This document shows, piece after piece, positions 8,007 to 15,951 of a stretch of 24,000 nucleotides of DNA; position 1 is the first letter of the stretch; every line of letters begins with the position of its first letter. Source of the stretch: Serratia bockelmannii (GTDB lineage: Bacteria; Pseudomonadota; Gammaproteobacteria; Enterobacterales; Enterobacteriaceae); assembly GCF_008011855.1 (NCBI RefSeq), contig NZ_VOUX01000024.1, positions 46,160 to 70,159 on the forward strand, written 5' to 3'. The notes under the pieces are model-generated. The model ran no database searches, was not told where the DNA came from, and saw only the letters and a program-made list of their open reading frames with translations. The translations under genes and the position numbers were made by a program.

Positions 8007-8813
8007 TTATATTATTTTTATTTTTGGAAGAACTTCCTCCATGACTTTGACGGCTTTTCCATCCTTGATTACATGGCTATTCCAACTACTTGATTGTGCC
8101 ATCGCATCATCGTATATTCCTTGTGATATAGCTAGTAAGTCCGTATTTACCCATGAGAATAGACCTTCATCAACAAACTTTTTTGATATTAACTCATAGT
8201 GGCTGTTCTTTTTTAATGCAACATATAATGGGTATTTTTTTTCAATATTTTCAGCCAAACTGTCAAATGAAATTATTGAGAAGTCGCTTCGTTGCTGGCC
8301 TCTTATTAATGCTGTTTTCTGTGTGTTATTCTCATATTCTGATCTACGTCCATGCACTAAAACATACTTGAAGTTAAAAGGATTTTTACCCATGTGAGCA
8401 GGTTCAATGAAGCCTTGTAATATATTATTTTTGAAGTGACTTCTATTGGATTCTTCATCAAACCAAGCCCTCCATGTATTCATTTGCTGCAAGGCAAGAT
8501 TAAAGTCAGCATGGAAAGTTGTGGAGTTATTCTTGAAATATTTTGAAGATGGCTTTTCTATCTCAACTAAAATTACATTCCAGTTGTCAGAGCTTTTAGA
8601 AAGATACACAAAGTCTGGTTTATAATCACTCGATAACGGTAATTTTCTGAATACCGTACAGAAATGAATTCCATGATTCTGTTCAAACTCTCTAGGAATA
8701 AACATTGTATTTTCTTCAAGATAGGTTTGATAAACTTGTTCTTTTTCATTTTTATTTAGCAAGTCAATATACTCTTGCTTTTTTTTGTTTATTTCTTGAC
8801 CTGTAATGTACAT
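8007..8813 (-). CDS. DUF4263 / Shedu (SduA)-like PD-(D/E)xK nuclease, short form
   Basis: 268 aa. YKPDFVYLSKSSDNWNVILVEIEKPSSKYF provides the D...ExK nuclease core. This is followed by LALQQMNTW and YVLVHGRR...IISFDSL, the order I recall for the DUF4263 domain of Shedu. The gene is low in GC. Confidence 0.55.
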   Translation of the reverse strand: MYITGQEINKKKQEYIDLLNKNEKEQVYQTYLEENTMFIPREFEQNHGIHFCTVFRKLPLSSDYKPDFVYLSKSSDNWNVILVEIEKPSSKYFKNNSTTFHADFNLALQQMNTWRAWFDEESNRSHFKNNILQGFIEPAHMGKNPFNFKYVLVHGRRSEYENNTQKTALIRGQQRSDFSIISFDSLAENIEKKYPLYVALKKNSHYELISKKFVDEGLFSWVNTDLLAISQGIYDDAMAQSSSWNSHVIKDGKAVKVMEEVLPKIKII

Positions 8814-9025
8814 GAGATTTCCGTTTTTTAAATTTAGGATTGTGTATAGTAACTATTTTTAACTCATTCTAATCTATAAAAACTCAATGTTACTTGTAAT
8901 CTAGCTGTTACGAGTATGCCGCGAAGCGGTTCGATGGCCTACATCAGTTAGTATTATTCTTGATGCCTCCTATTAGGTGAGCGAGGTTATCCGATATCTC
9001 TTTAGTCATGACTGTAATTCCAGTT

Positions 9026-9967
9026 TTAACCTCGTTGAAGCTGTTTGTTTTTTATAAGTATTTCGCGATGAATCTGTGCTTTTTTGCGCTCGATTTGTAA
9101 CGATAGCTGATGAATAGTATTTGGTAGTTCTTTTGTTAGGAATGCATGATTATTTTCTTCAAATTCTCCTGATTCGGATAATTCAGAGTGTATGAGTTCA
9201 AGCATCTTGATGATATCAATTTGATGTTCTACTATAAATCTACGATAAGCTGTTTTCCCTACTTCTCTAACGAACAGATCTAGAAACTTACGGCCGTTAC
9301 GAAATTCTTCAATGAAAAACTTTTCAATGATAAATGCAACCACAGGAACCATCAATGCCTTTATACGGGCAACTTCTTGCACTACATTTCTTTTAACCCC
9401 TTGAGTGACGTTGTGAAACCTTGATGCCATACAAGTAATGGGATTCAAAACCCTGACTTTATCATGAGCTGTATATTGAAATTTCTCCATGGGTAAATGA
9501 AAAACTTCTGTATTGATAATAAGTTTTCTGCCGTTAAAATCAGAGGGAGTAAGATATGAAGCGCTCGACAGGACATCCACAATGTTGGGTTCTTCAATGT
9601 GACGGTCATCGAAAATTTCTTTATTGACAAACTTTTTATGAAAATATGTTTTAATTTTCCCGTCTTTTATGTTTTTTAACGGCAGGATTGCCAGTGAAGG
9701 TGGTGAGCCATCATTATAATTTACGGGTACATCTAATACTGATGATATTACTGAAATGTCGATATTCCGTGCTGTCACATCAATATCATTGGAAGTAATA
9801 TAATCAATAGGGGGATGTTCGGAGTAAATATCCTTGTACCATACCACCCAGTAGTGCACAGCCTGACCGCCTACGGTCACGATTGGCGACGTGAATTTAT
9901 CACCATGCTTCATTAGTTCAGCGTTAAGGATATAGAGTTGGTCCAACGGACTCATATGTTCTGACAT
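9026..9967 (-). CDS. Hypothetical 313-aa protein, possibly with a minimal nucleotidyltransferase fold (weak)
   Basis: Strong SD (AAGGTGG, 7-nt spacer). VTVGGQAVHYW...ITSNDIDVTA resembles the G[GS]...DxD motif of AbiEii/MNT-type nucleotidyltransferases, though the spacing is longer than canonical. The C-terminal half is helical and charged. Confidence 0.6.
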   Translation of the reverse strand: MSEHMSPLDQLYILNAELMKHGDKFTSPIVTVGGQAVHYWVVWYKDIYSEHPPIDYITSNDIDVTARNIDISVISSVLDVPVNYNDGSPPSLAILPLKNIKDGKIKTYFHKKFVNKEIFDDRHIEEPNIVDVLSSASYLTPSDFNGRKLIINTEVFHLPMEKFQYTAHDKVRVLNPITCMASRFHNVTQGVKRNVVQEVARIKALMVPVVAFIIEKFFIEEFRNGRKFLDLFVREVGKTAYRRFIVEHQIDIIKMLELIHSELSESGEFEENNHAFLTKELPNTIHQLSLQIERKKAQIHREILIKNKQLQRG

Positions 9968-10015
9968 AAAAAAACCACCTTAAAAAAGATGGCTTATTAT
10001 CACGTAATCATATGA

Positions 10016-10186
10016 TTAGGCAAACGAGAATTTTTTCTGCAGCTTTGCAGTAGACTTCAGCTGACCAAAGTCAGATTTTGGTGAAAATGGTTGAGGCTCA
10101 CGTTCACCTGCTTCGATCATGTGAAGCCTTTTTTCATAGAGCTCATGCTGTAACTGTTTAATGCTTCTCGCTGAAAGGTTTGCCAT
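10016..10186 (-). CDS. Possible 56-aa leader/partner protein of the 313-aa gene (below the ORF-track cutoff)
   Basis: Hand translation gives MANLSARSIKQLQHELYEKRLHMIEAGEREPQPFSPKSDFGQLKSTAKLQKKFSFA*. SD AGGTGA has a 6-nt spacer. A near-consensus sigma70 promoter lies about 45 nt upstream, and the stop is 48 nt before the next ATG. Confidence 0.4.
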   Translation of the reverse strand: MANLSARSIKQLQHELYEKRLHMIEAGEREPQPFSPKSDFGQLKSTAKLQKKFSFA

Positions 10187-10231
10187 CGCAATCACCTGAA
10201 GTTAGTCTTTCAAAACCTACTTAATGTACGA

Positions 10232-10260
10232 ATTATGCGCGTTTTTACGAAGGTCGTCAA
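10232..10260 (-). promoter_or_regulatory. Sigma70-type promoter driving the 56-aa / 313-aa genes
   Basis: The minus strand reads TTGACG - 17 nt - CATAAT (-35 at 10260-10255, -10 at 10237-10232). Confidence 0.45.
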
Positions 10261-10407
10261 ACTTTCCTAAAGGAGAGCCTATCTGCAAAGCGGTGGCTTC
10301 ATGCTATTGCTTTGCATAGAGTGTTTCTGCCAAGGGCTCGATACCAAGCTGATAAGACTATCGGGTGGTAGGGTTCAGAAGTTACATGAACTTATCAAAT
10401 TTTTTAA

Positions 10408-10505
10408 CCTCCCTGTCGCCGCGCCGCTGAGGTGCAGGGACAGGAACGGCGGCAGGCCGTCGTTGGCGCCCTGCCCCGCGATGAACCACAATGAATTCCA
10501 CGGTG
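10408..10505 (-). pseudogene. ~100-bp relic of a third copy of the GC-rich 356-aa gene
   Basis: 10410-10461 aligns with 13034-13085 of the intact copy with only a few mismatches (CGCGCCGCTGA.GTGCAGGGACAGGAACGGCGGCAG.CCGTCGT.GGCGCCC). It still encodes GANDGLPPFLSLHLSG, versus GADDGLPPFLSLHISG in the intact copy. A ~12-nt deletion and a frame change follow. Both ends are truncated, and the right end abuts the KAP stop codon. Confidence 0.65.
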
Positions 10506-10506
10506 A

Positions 10507-12756
10507 TTAACGGCTTCTACTGATCGACTGTTCGACCTGTTTAACCTGTTCCGCGAACTTGCCGGCCTGCTTGATGTGTTCAATACGCGCTAGCACTTTC
10601 TGAGTCTCGCCCAGATATTCAGTCATATTAGTCAGTGGCAGCGCTTGATAATACCCATGCGCGCTACTGAAGCCATGATACCGGAGCTGCAGCAGCAGGC
10701 TCAGAAAAGCCTCATCCTTCTTGACTTGGCGATCGACCCATTTCCGTACTGCCTGGATCCCGCTAATATCACGCCATGCCCAGATATATCTATTCAGCAG
10801 GGGAAAGGCCGCCAACTGTTTGGTGATGGCCGGGCTGTTCAGTCTCTTCCCCATGGTTTTCTGTAAGATGACGACGTTACTCCGCTCCATCCACTCTTCC
10901 AGCTGATGGCCCGTTCTGTCTCCGACTATCCCATGTTGCCACAGCAGGTGACGGACATACTCAGCGCCCCAGTACCAGGCTTTCCCAAGCTGGAGTTGCG
11001 CAGTCAGGAACTTATTGGTAGATGTGACATCCTCACGTAGCATTCGTTGGATTAGCCGATCGGCCACGCTGTAGGTATCCAGGTCCTGCAGCTCAAACCA
11101 CTCGTTGTCTTGCCGATAGCGTTTCACCATGTCATCCCCGTTGTCGAAGAAGAACTGCAGCAGACCCTGGCACTCGGCCAGCGTTCTGGAATCAATCTGG
11201 GGGGATGTTAGCTCGGCCAGCATGTGCTCAAACCAGGTGCGGGAAGATAAGTTCTTTTTTCTCTGGATATGACCGAGCAGGCGTTGTGCCAGTTCCTGCT
11301 GCTTTTCAGGCTGGTCATGCTGGCCGGCGAGCGCGAAGATTTGGTCAAAATCTTCCGGTAACAGGATATTTTGTGGCGCGCAGAAGGCGAAGTAGTAACG
11401 CCAGTATGCCTGGCTGCCAAGCCGCTTCCCTGCTGTGAGCCAAGCACTTTCCTGCGGACCGGTGCTTACAAAGAGTTTATCGGGATGCACTGTCAGTCCA
11501 TCTAAGATCCCCGGGACCCATTCACTCAGCTCCGTGATGGAATGCGCTTTGGCCGGGAAATACCGCATCAGGTGTTGCTTAAGGTTGTCTGTCAGGACTT
11601 TCTGCTCCTCTTTACTGACATGGCCATCTCCGGTCTGCACCACGTTCCGTTCCGACAGGTATTCTTCCACCCAGTCATACAGACCCGAATTTGTCGTGCG
11701 GAGCAGCTGCAGGAAGCACAGATCGGGGAAATACACATAGTCCCGTATGCCCGCATAACGGAACCGTAGTGCATTTAGAACGGTCTGGACTTCCCGGGGC
11801 GATTTCAGCATGGCGCCATAAATATTCGCGACTGCCGTCAGGTCATCCAGTATGCCCTTCTCCGGGGGAGATTTATTCACCGTTTGGTATAACTCAATGG
11901 CATCATCACGAAATTGCTGGCGCAGCGCAAAGGATTCCGGGCGCGGCAGTCCGAATGAGATCTGGACAATTTTCTGCAGGTACAGGCTCCCGTCGGTGAC
12001 GCCCAGCCCCTGGCTGATGGCCTGTGACAGCACCGCCTTGTCATAACAGAGCAGGTAGCGGAAGCGGGGAAAATCCGCGACCGACTTCACCAGTCGGATC
12101 ACCTCCACGGCCTGGGCCGGTTCGAGGCGATCGAGATCGTCGAGCAGGATAATGAAGCTCAGATCCAGCTCTTCGATTTTCTGAGCAATCTCGGCGCGCA
12201 TGTCGGCCGTGGTTTTTTCCTTTTCTTTCAGCCAGTGCGAGTCTGCCACGGCGTTCAGTGCGCCGCTGGCATCGGGGACACCGGGAATGACCGCGGCGAT
12301 CTGAGCGACAGGCGACAGATTCCGGGCGGTGGCCCGGGTGTAGTCCATCAGCGTCTTGGCGGTACCGGTCAGCGCTTTTTTCTTTTTGAGGGCTGCCCGT
12401 TCCTTCGCTGAAAGCCGACGTTCTTCTTCCTCGGCAATGATGCCAGCTACCGGAAGCAGTAAGGACGCCACCAGAGGCGTATCACTGCCATCGAGCCAGG
12501 GGGAAATATTCAGCACGAAGGTTCGCGCTTCCTGTTGTTTATCCAGCGCCGTGCGCAGCAGATTAAGGAGGCTGGTTTTCCCCGTCCCCCAGGCGCCTTC
12601 GATACCGATCACGGCACTGCCCTCCCGGCCGATCTCCTTAATGGCGCGGGCCAACTCGGTGGCAATGTGGGTGAAACCATAGCGGTCTTCGTCGTTATTG
12701 CGGATGGCGCGATCGGGATGTTGCCCCTGGCGGTTTTCTTGCGGTGAATGCGTCAT
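10507..12756 (-). CDS. KAP-family P-loop NTPase (749 aa)
   Basis: It has the N-terminal DRYGF motif, Walker A IGIEGAWGTGKTSLLNLL, Walker B FIILLDDLDRLEP about 150 aa later, and the long helical C-terminal region typical of KAP NTPases. The segments in the inter-Walker insert (PLVASLLLPVAGIIA and VAQIAAVIPGV) are too short or too polar to call transmembrane helices with confidence. Confidence 0.85.
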   Translation of the reverse strand: MTHSPQENRQGQHPDRAIRNNDEDRYGFTHIATELARAIKEIGREGSAVIGIEGAWGTGKTSLLNLLRTALDKQQEARTFVLNISPWLDGSDTPLVASLLLPVAGIIAEEEERRLSAKERAALKKKKALTGTAKTLMDYTRATARNLSPVAQIAAVIPGVPDASGALNAVADSHWLKEKEKTTADMRAEIAQKIEELDLSFIILLDDLDRLEPAQAVEVIRLVKSVADFPRFRYLLCYDKAVLSQAISQGLGVTDGSLYLQKIVQISFGLPRPESFALRQQFRDDAIELYQTVNKSPPEKGILDDLTAVANIYGAMLKSPREVQTVLNALRFRYAGIRDYVYFPDLCFLQLLRTTNSGLYDWVEEYLSERNVVQTGDGHVSKEEQKVLTDNLKQHLMRYFPAKAHSITELSEWVPGILDGLTVHPDKLFVSTGPQESAWLTAGKRLGSQAYWRYYFAFCAPQNILLPEDFDQIFALAGQHDQPEKQQELAQRLLGHIQRKKNLSSRTWFEHMLAELTSPQIDSRTLAECQGLLQFFFDNGDDMVKRYRQDNEWFELQDLDTYSVADRLIQRMLREDVTSTNKFLTAQLQLGKAWYWGAEYVRHLLWQHGIVGDRTGHQLEEWMERSNVVILQKTMGKRLNSPAITKQLAAFPLLNRYIWAWRDISGIQAVRKWVDRQVKKDEAFLSLLLQLRYHGFSSAHGYYQALPLTNMTEYLGETQKVLARIEHIKQAGKFAEQVKQVEQSISRSR

Positions 12757-12758
12757 GG

Positions 12759-13829
12759 TTACAGATCCCCGTACAGTGCGGCGAGCTCGGCCAGCGCCGC
12801 GGCTGTGGACGGGTGCTCCAGCTGCGCCAGCAGCTCGGCCTCGAGCGCGGTGAAGGTGTCCGGCGCCAGCCGCAGCCGCAAATTCGGCAGCACCAGACCG
12901 ATGTCGCCGCTCTCCGGCACATGCAGCGAGACATGCCGCCCCTGATAGCTGCGGGTGCGATCGCCGTCCTGACGCGCGCGCAGCAGGCGGCGCAGTTCGG
13001 CGAACACCGGCCAGCCGAAGGTCGACTGGAAGACCGCGCCGCTGATGTGCAGGGACAGGAACGGCGGCAGTCCGTCGTCGGCGCCCGGATAGGCGCCCTG
13101 ACCGGCGACGATCTCCACCGTGGCGCTGAGCTCGCCGGCGGCGGCGATCAGCTGCTGGCGCTCCACGAAGGGCACGGTCAGCGCCAGGTACTCGGCCAGC
13201 GCCGGATCGTCGGCGCGCTGCGCGGCGACCGCCAGCGGGAAGATCGCCCGCAGCCGCACCGGGGTGCAGGCGCGGGCCAGCGCCTCGTCGCTGAAGTCAT
13301 CGAGGTTCAGCACGCCGCTGGCCAGCGGTCGGGCGAAGAACTCGGCGCTGCCGGCCGGCGGGGTGCATGTGGCCGTAAAGCGGTCACGCAGCGCCTGCAG
13401 CCAGTCCTCGCCGCGCAGGCCGAAGGTGCGCCGGTAATAGTGGGGATCGACATCGAGCCCGCCGCCCACCGCCGTCTCCAGCAGCGCATCGGTGATCAGC
13501 AGCAGCGCGGACAGCGGCGCCCGGTTGACCGGCCCGCGGCCATCGCGATAGGCGATCTGCGCCTGGCTGAACAGCCAGCGCAGTTCGGCGCGGCTCAGCG
13601 CCTGGCCGTCGACGGTTTCCGCGCGCACGACCTTGCGGTACAGCTGGCCCAGGGTGGTGTACGGCGCCGCGCAGAGCGCGCGATATTCGTCGCCGGCGAC
13701 CGAAGTGGCCAGCGTTTGCTGCAGCAGACGTTCTGCCAGGGTGTTGACCGGCACGGCTTCGGCGGCGGCGCGGTTTTTCAGGGCGGCGATCAGGGATTTC
13801 GGAAAGCGGAGGTTCAGCTGGCTGAGCAT
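12759..13829 (-). CDS. 356-aa protein with a ribbon-helix-helix-like N-terminus; the rest is unassigned (intact copy of a gene repeated three times)
   Basis: SD AGGA with a 6-nt spacer. The N-terminus MLSQLNLRFPKSLIAALKNRAAAEAVPVNTLAERLLQQ fits the beta-strand/helix/helix pattern of Arc/CopG-type RHH domains. The stop lies 2 nt before the KAP ATG. The gene is extremely GC-rich, so long mirror ORFs appear on the plus strand; their R/G/Q/A-rich products look non-biological. Confidence 0.7.
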   Translation of the reverse strand: MLSQLNLRFPKSLIAALKNRAAAEAVPVNTLAERLLQQTLATSVAGDEYRALCAAPYTTLGQLYRKVVRAETVDGQALSRAELRWLFSQAQIAYRDGRGPVNRAPLSALLLITDALLETAVGGGLDVDPHYYRRTFGLRGEDWLQALRDRFTATCTPPAGSAEFFARPLASGVLNLDDFSDEALARACTPVRLRAIFPLAVAAQRADDPALAEYLALTVPFVERQQLIAAAGELSATVEIVAGQGAYPGADDGLPPFLSLHISGAVFQSTFGWPVFAELRRLLRARQDGDRTRSYQGRHVSLHVPESGDIGLVLPNLRLRLAPDTFTALEAELLAQLEHPSTAAALAELAALYGDL

Positions 13830-14018
13830 GGCGGTGTCCTGCTGTCATAGGAATTTATTGTGATGATAGCAACATCCTATAAAGCAGAAATGGAAATTAC
13901 AATGCTTTACCCAATGCAGCTAGCTTCCTTTTACTATGGTTGCAACAATGAACCATTGCTAACCATTTGGCTAGTCTGCTAGTGAAGCTGAGTGCGGCGG
14001 TCGGCGTTTTTGCGTCGC

Positions 14019-14045
14019 AGATCCGAAAACCCCCAGTTCCGGATC
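14019..14045. repeat. Copy 1 of the shared intergenic element (core AGATCCGAAAACCCC + N5 + CCGGAT)
   Basis: The 15-nt core at 14019-14033 is identical to those at 21553-21567 and 23916-23930. GATCCG and CGGATC (14040-14045) can pair. It lies 190 nt upstream of the minus-strand RHH-356aa/KAP operon. Confidence 0.7.
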
Positions 14046-14163
14046 TTCCTGGGACTGATTCGGTTGTACTCGATCACAACGCCTGTTGTACCCGCCTTAG
14101 TACAAACGAAACTGTCCTCCATGGGGTTGTCCCCAGCAGACACGGTCTATACAGTCGATTTAA

Positions 14164-14179
14164 CTGTGCATTTGTACAG
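14164..14179. promoter_or_regulatory. LexA (SOS) box of the colicin promoter
   Basis: CTGTGCATTTGTACAG fits CTGT-N8-ACAG exactly at the invariant positions. It lies 22 nt upstream of the colicin ATG. SOS control is the rule for colicin operons. Confidence 0.7.
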
Positions 14180-14201
14180 TATTTATCAACGGAGATAGCC
14201 C

Positions 14202-15944
14202 ATGCTTTTTAATGCAAATACCAAATTTACTTATCATTCACCGGATGATGGCGACAGCATGACGGTGACCGGCGACCGTCCCAGCCAACCTGGCCCTACT
14301 GGCCCCACAGGTAACGGGGGCGACAGCGGCGGTGGCAATACCGGCACGACCAATAAGTTGATCATGAAGCCCGGTGATGTGCATACCTCCCGCTATGGCA
14401 AGGTCATTATCAATGCCCAGGGTCAGCCAACGATGAACGGGGTCGTCATGAACTATGATAATTCATCGGTTGTGGATGATGGTGCGGGCGGTGCAACCCG
14501 CGTACTGAATTCCATCATCGATGCTGCCAAACCGCCGGCCAGCCAGAATTTTGGCAATAACGCCAGCATTTCGGATGGGCGCTATGCCGGCAAAAACCCG
14601 GCGGCGGACTATACCCTTCCGCTGGCTATCTTTACGGCGGTCCGTCGCGGCCAAATTCCACCTGGCTTTTGGCTTGACAACAACAAGGTCATGACCGAGA
14701 TCACGCAAAAATACGAGATCAACGGCGGCGGCAAAGGGAATGATCGCACCGGGTACAGAAAATCCAATGTGGCAGTGCCTGGCCTGACTAATGCTTATCA
14801 GCAGTGGCAAAAAGAACAGCAAGACGCCGCCAAGCGTAATGCCGAAGAAGAAGCCCGACGTAAGGCGGCCGAAGAGGCAAAACGTAAGGCGGAAGAAGAA
14901 GCCAAACGTAAAGCGGCAGAAGCGGAAGCCAAACGGCGCGCCGAGGAGGAAGCGAAACGCAAACAGGCTGAATGGGAAGCGACGCATAACATCGATGCGG
15001 CGAAAAAGAATGTTCAGCAGGCAGAAAGCCGGTTAAACACTGCGAAGCAAAAACGCGACGATCTTCAACGCAGGACCTACCGTACTCAGACCAGCCTCAG
15101 TTCCGCAATCATAATGCGAGACCGTACGAAAGAGGTGATCGATAAACATCTCCCAGGCCCTTCAATCATCCCTTCGGATCAAGAAAACAGACAACAACTC
15201 CTGGATGCGCTGAAACAGAGTGAGGAGGAGGTGAACAAACTGCGGGCCCAGGTCGATGCGGCAAACCGCGATCTCAACCTCGCCAATCAGGAGTTTGACA
15301 ATGCCTCGAAAAACCTGAATGCCGCCCGTGATAACCTGCAGCGGCTGGAGAAAGCGGAAGCGGATCGTAAGGCCGAAGAGGCCAGGAAGAAGGAAGAGGA
15401 GGCGATGAAAGACGCCATCAAGACGACGGCGGATTTTTACAAGGAACTGACGGAGAAATTTGGCGAGCAGTCCGCCAAGGTGGCCAAAGAGCTGGCCGAT
15501 GCGGCCAAGGGGAAAACGCTCAAAAATGCGGAGGAGGCGCTGAAGGCGTTTGAGAAGTACAAGGACGTGCTGAACAAGAAATTCAGCGTCGCCGATCGCG
15601 AAGCGGTGGCTAAAGCGCTGGAGTCGGTGCGCCGAGAGCATATCGCCCAGAATCTTGTCAAGTTTAGCAAGGCGTTCAACTACACGAGCAGAGCCATTGA
15701 TTTCTACGATGTCGTCATCGTCGAGCTGCCCAAAGCGATACGAACGCAGAACTTCAGACCTGTTTTCGTTAAAGTGGAGACACTTGCGGCAGGCGCGGCC
15801 GCCACGACGCTGACGGCGTTTGCCTTCAGCGTGATGTTGGGCACGCCACTGGGTCTTTTCGGTTTTGCCATTATCATGACTTTGGTCAGCGTGCTGGTTA
15901 ATGAAAAGCTCATGGAGAAGGTCAACAAAGCCGTCGGTATTTAA
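14202..15944 (+). CDS. Pore-forming bacteriocin (colicin/klebicin) with a colicin Ia/Ib-type channel domain
   Basis: The C-terminal ~180 aa (nt ~15405-15941) are colinear with the colicin Ia pore domain. Examples are KDAIKTTADFYKELTEKFGEQSAKVAKELA..GKTLKNAEEALKAFEKYKDVLNKKF versus Ia KDAINFTTEFLKSVSEKYGAKAEQLAREMA..GKKIRNVEEALKTYEKYRADINKKI. The hydrophobic hairpin AAGAAATTLTAFAFSVMLGTPLGLFGFAIIMTLVSVLV and the ending EKVNKAVGI (Ia: EKANKFWGI) also match. The N-terminus carries DDGDSMTVTG (aa 15-24), resembling the colicin B TonB box region YGDTMVVWP. A Gly-rich stretch follows. SD GGAG is present. Confidence 0.9.
   Translation: MLFNANTKFTYHSPDDGDSMTVTGDRPSQPGPTGPTGNGGDSGGGNTGTTNKLIMKPGDVHTSRYGKVIINAQGQPTMNGVVMNYDNSSVVDDGAGGATRVLNSIIDAAKPPASQNFGNNASISDGRYAGKNPAADYTLPLAIFTAVRRGQIPPGFWLDNNKVMTEITQKYEINGGGKGNDRTGYRKSNVAVPGLTNAYQQWQKEQQDAAKRNAEEEARRKAAEEAKRKAEEEAKRKAAEAEAKRRAEEEAKRKQAEWEATHNIDAAKKNVQQAESRLNTAKQKRDDLQRRTYRTQTSLSSAIIMRDRTKEVIDKHLPGPSIIPSDQENRQQLLDALKQSEEEVNKLRAQVDAANRDLNLANQEFDNASKNLNAARDNLQRLEKAEADRKAEEARKKEEEAMKDAIKTTADFYKELTEKFGEQSAKVAKELADAAKGKTLKNAEEALKAFEKYKDVLNKKFSVADREAVAKALESVRREHIAQNLVKFSKAFNYTSRAIDFYDVVIVELPKAIRTQNFRPVFVKVETLAAGAAATTLTAFAFSVMLGTPLGLFGFAIIMTLVSVLVNEKLMEKVNKAVGI
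14823..14969 (+). repeat. Imperfect 24-bp (8-codon) tandem repeats inside the colicin gene
   Basis: They encode DAAKRNAEEEARRKAAEEAKRKAEEEAKRKAAEAEAKRRAEEEAKRKQA, a highly charged Ala/Glu/Lys/Arg helix reminiscent of TolA domain II-type repeats. The repeats also create long shadow ORFs on the opposite strand. Confidence 0.8.
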
Positions 15945-15951
15945 CGTCAGC

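Noticed and set aside
10301-10510. 69-aa plus-strand ORF
   Set aside because: Its 3' part is the antisense strand of the relic of the GC-rich gene, and the rest is intergenic. No SD is present.
12744-13850. 368-aa plus-strand ORF and several other 60-154-aa ORFs overlapping the GC-rich gene (for example 13384..13848, 13120..13437, 12695..12934)
   Set aside because: These are mirror and shadow ORFs, typical of very GC-rich coding DNA. Their products are runs of R/G/A/Q with no SD. Only the minus-strand 356-aa frame has an SD, an RHH-like start and peptide-level conservation in the second copy.
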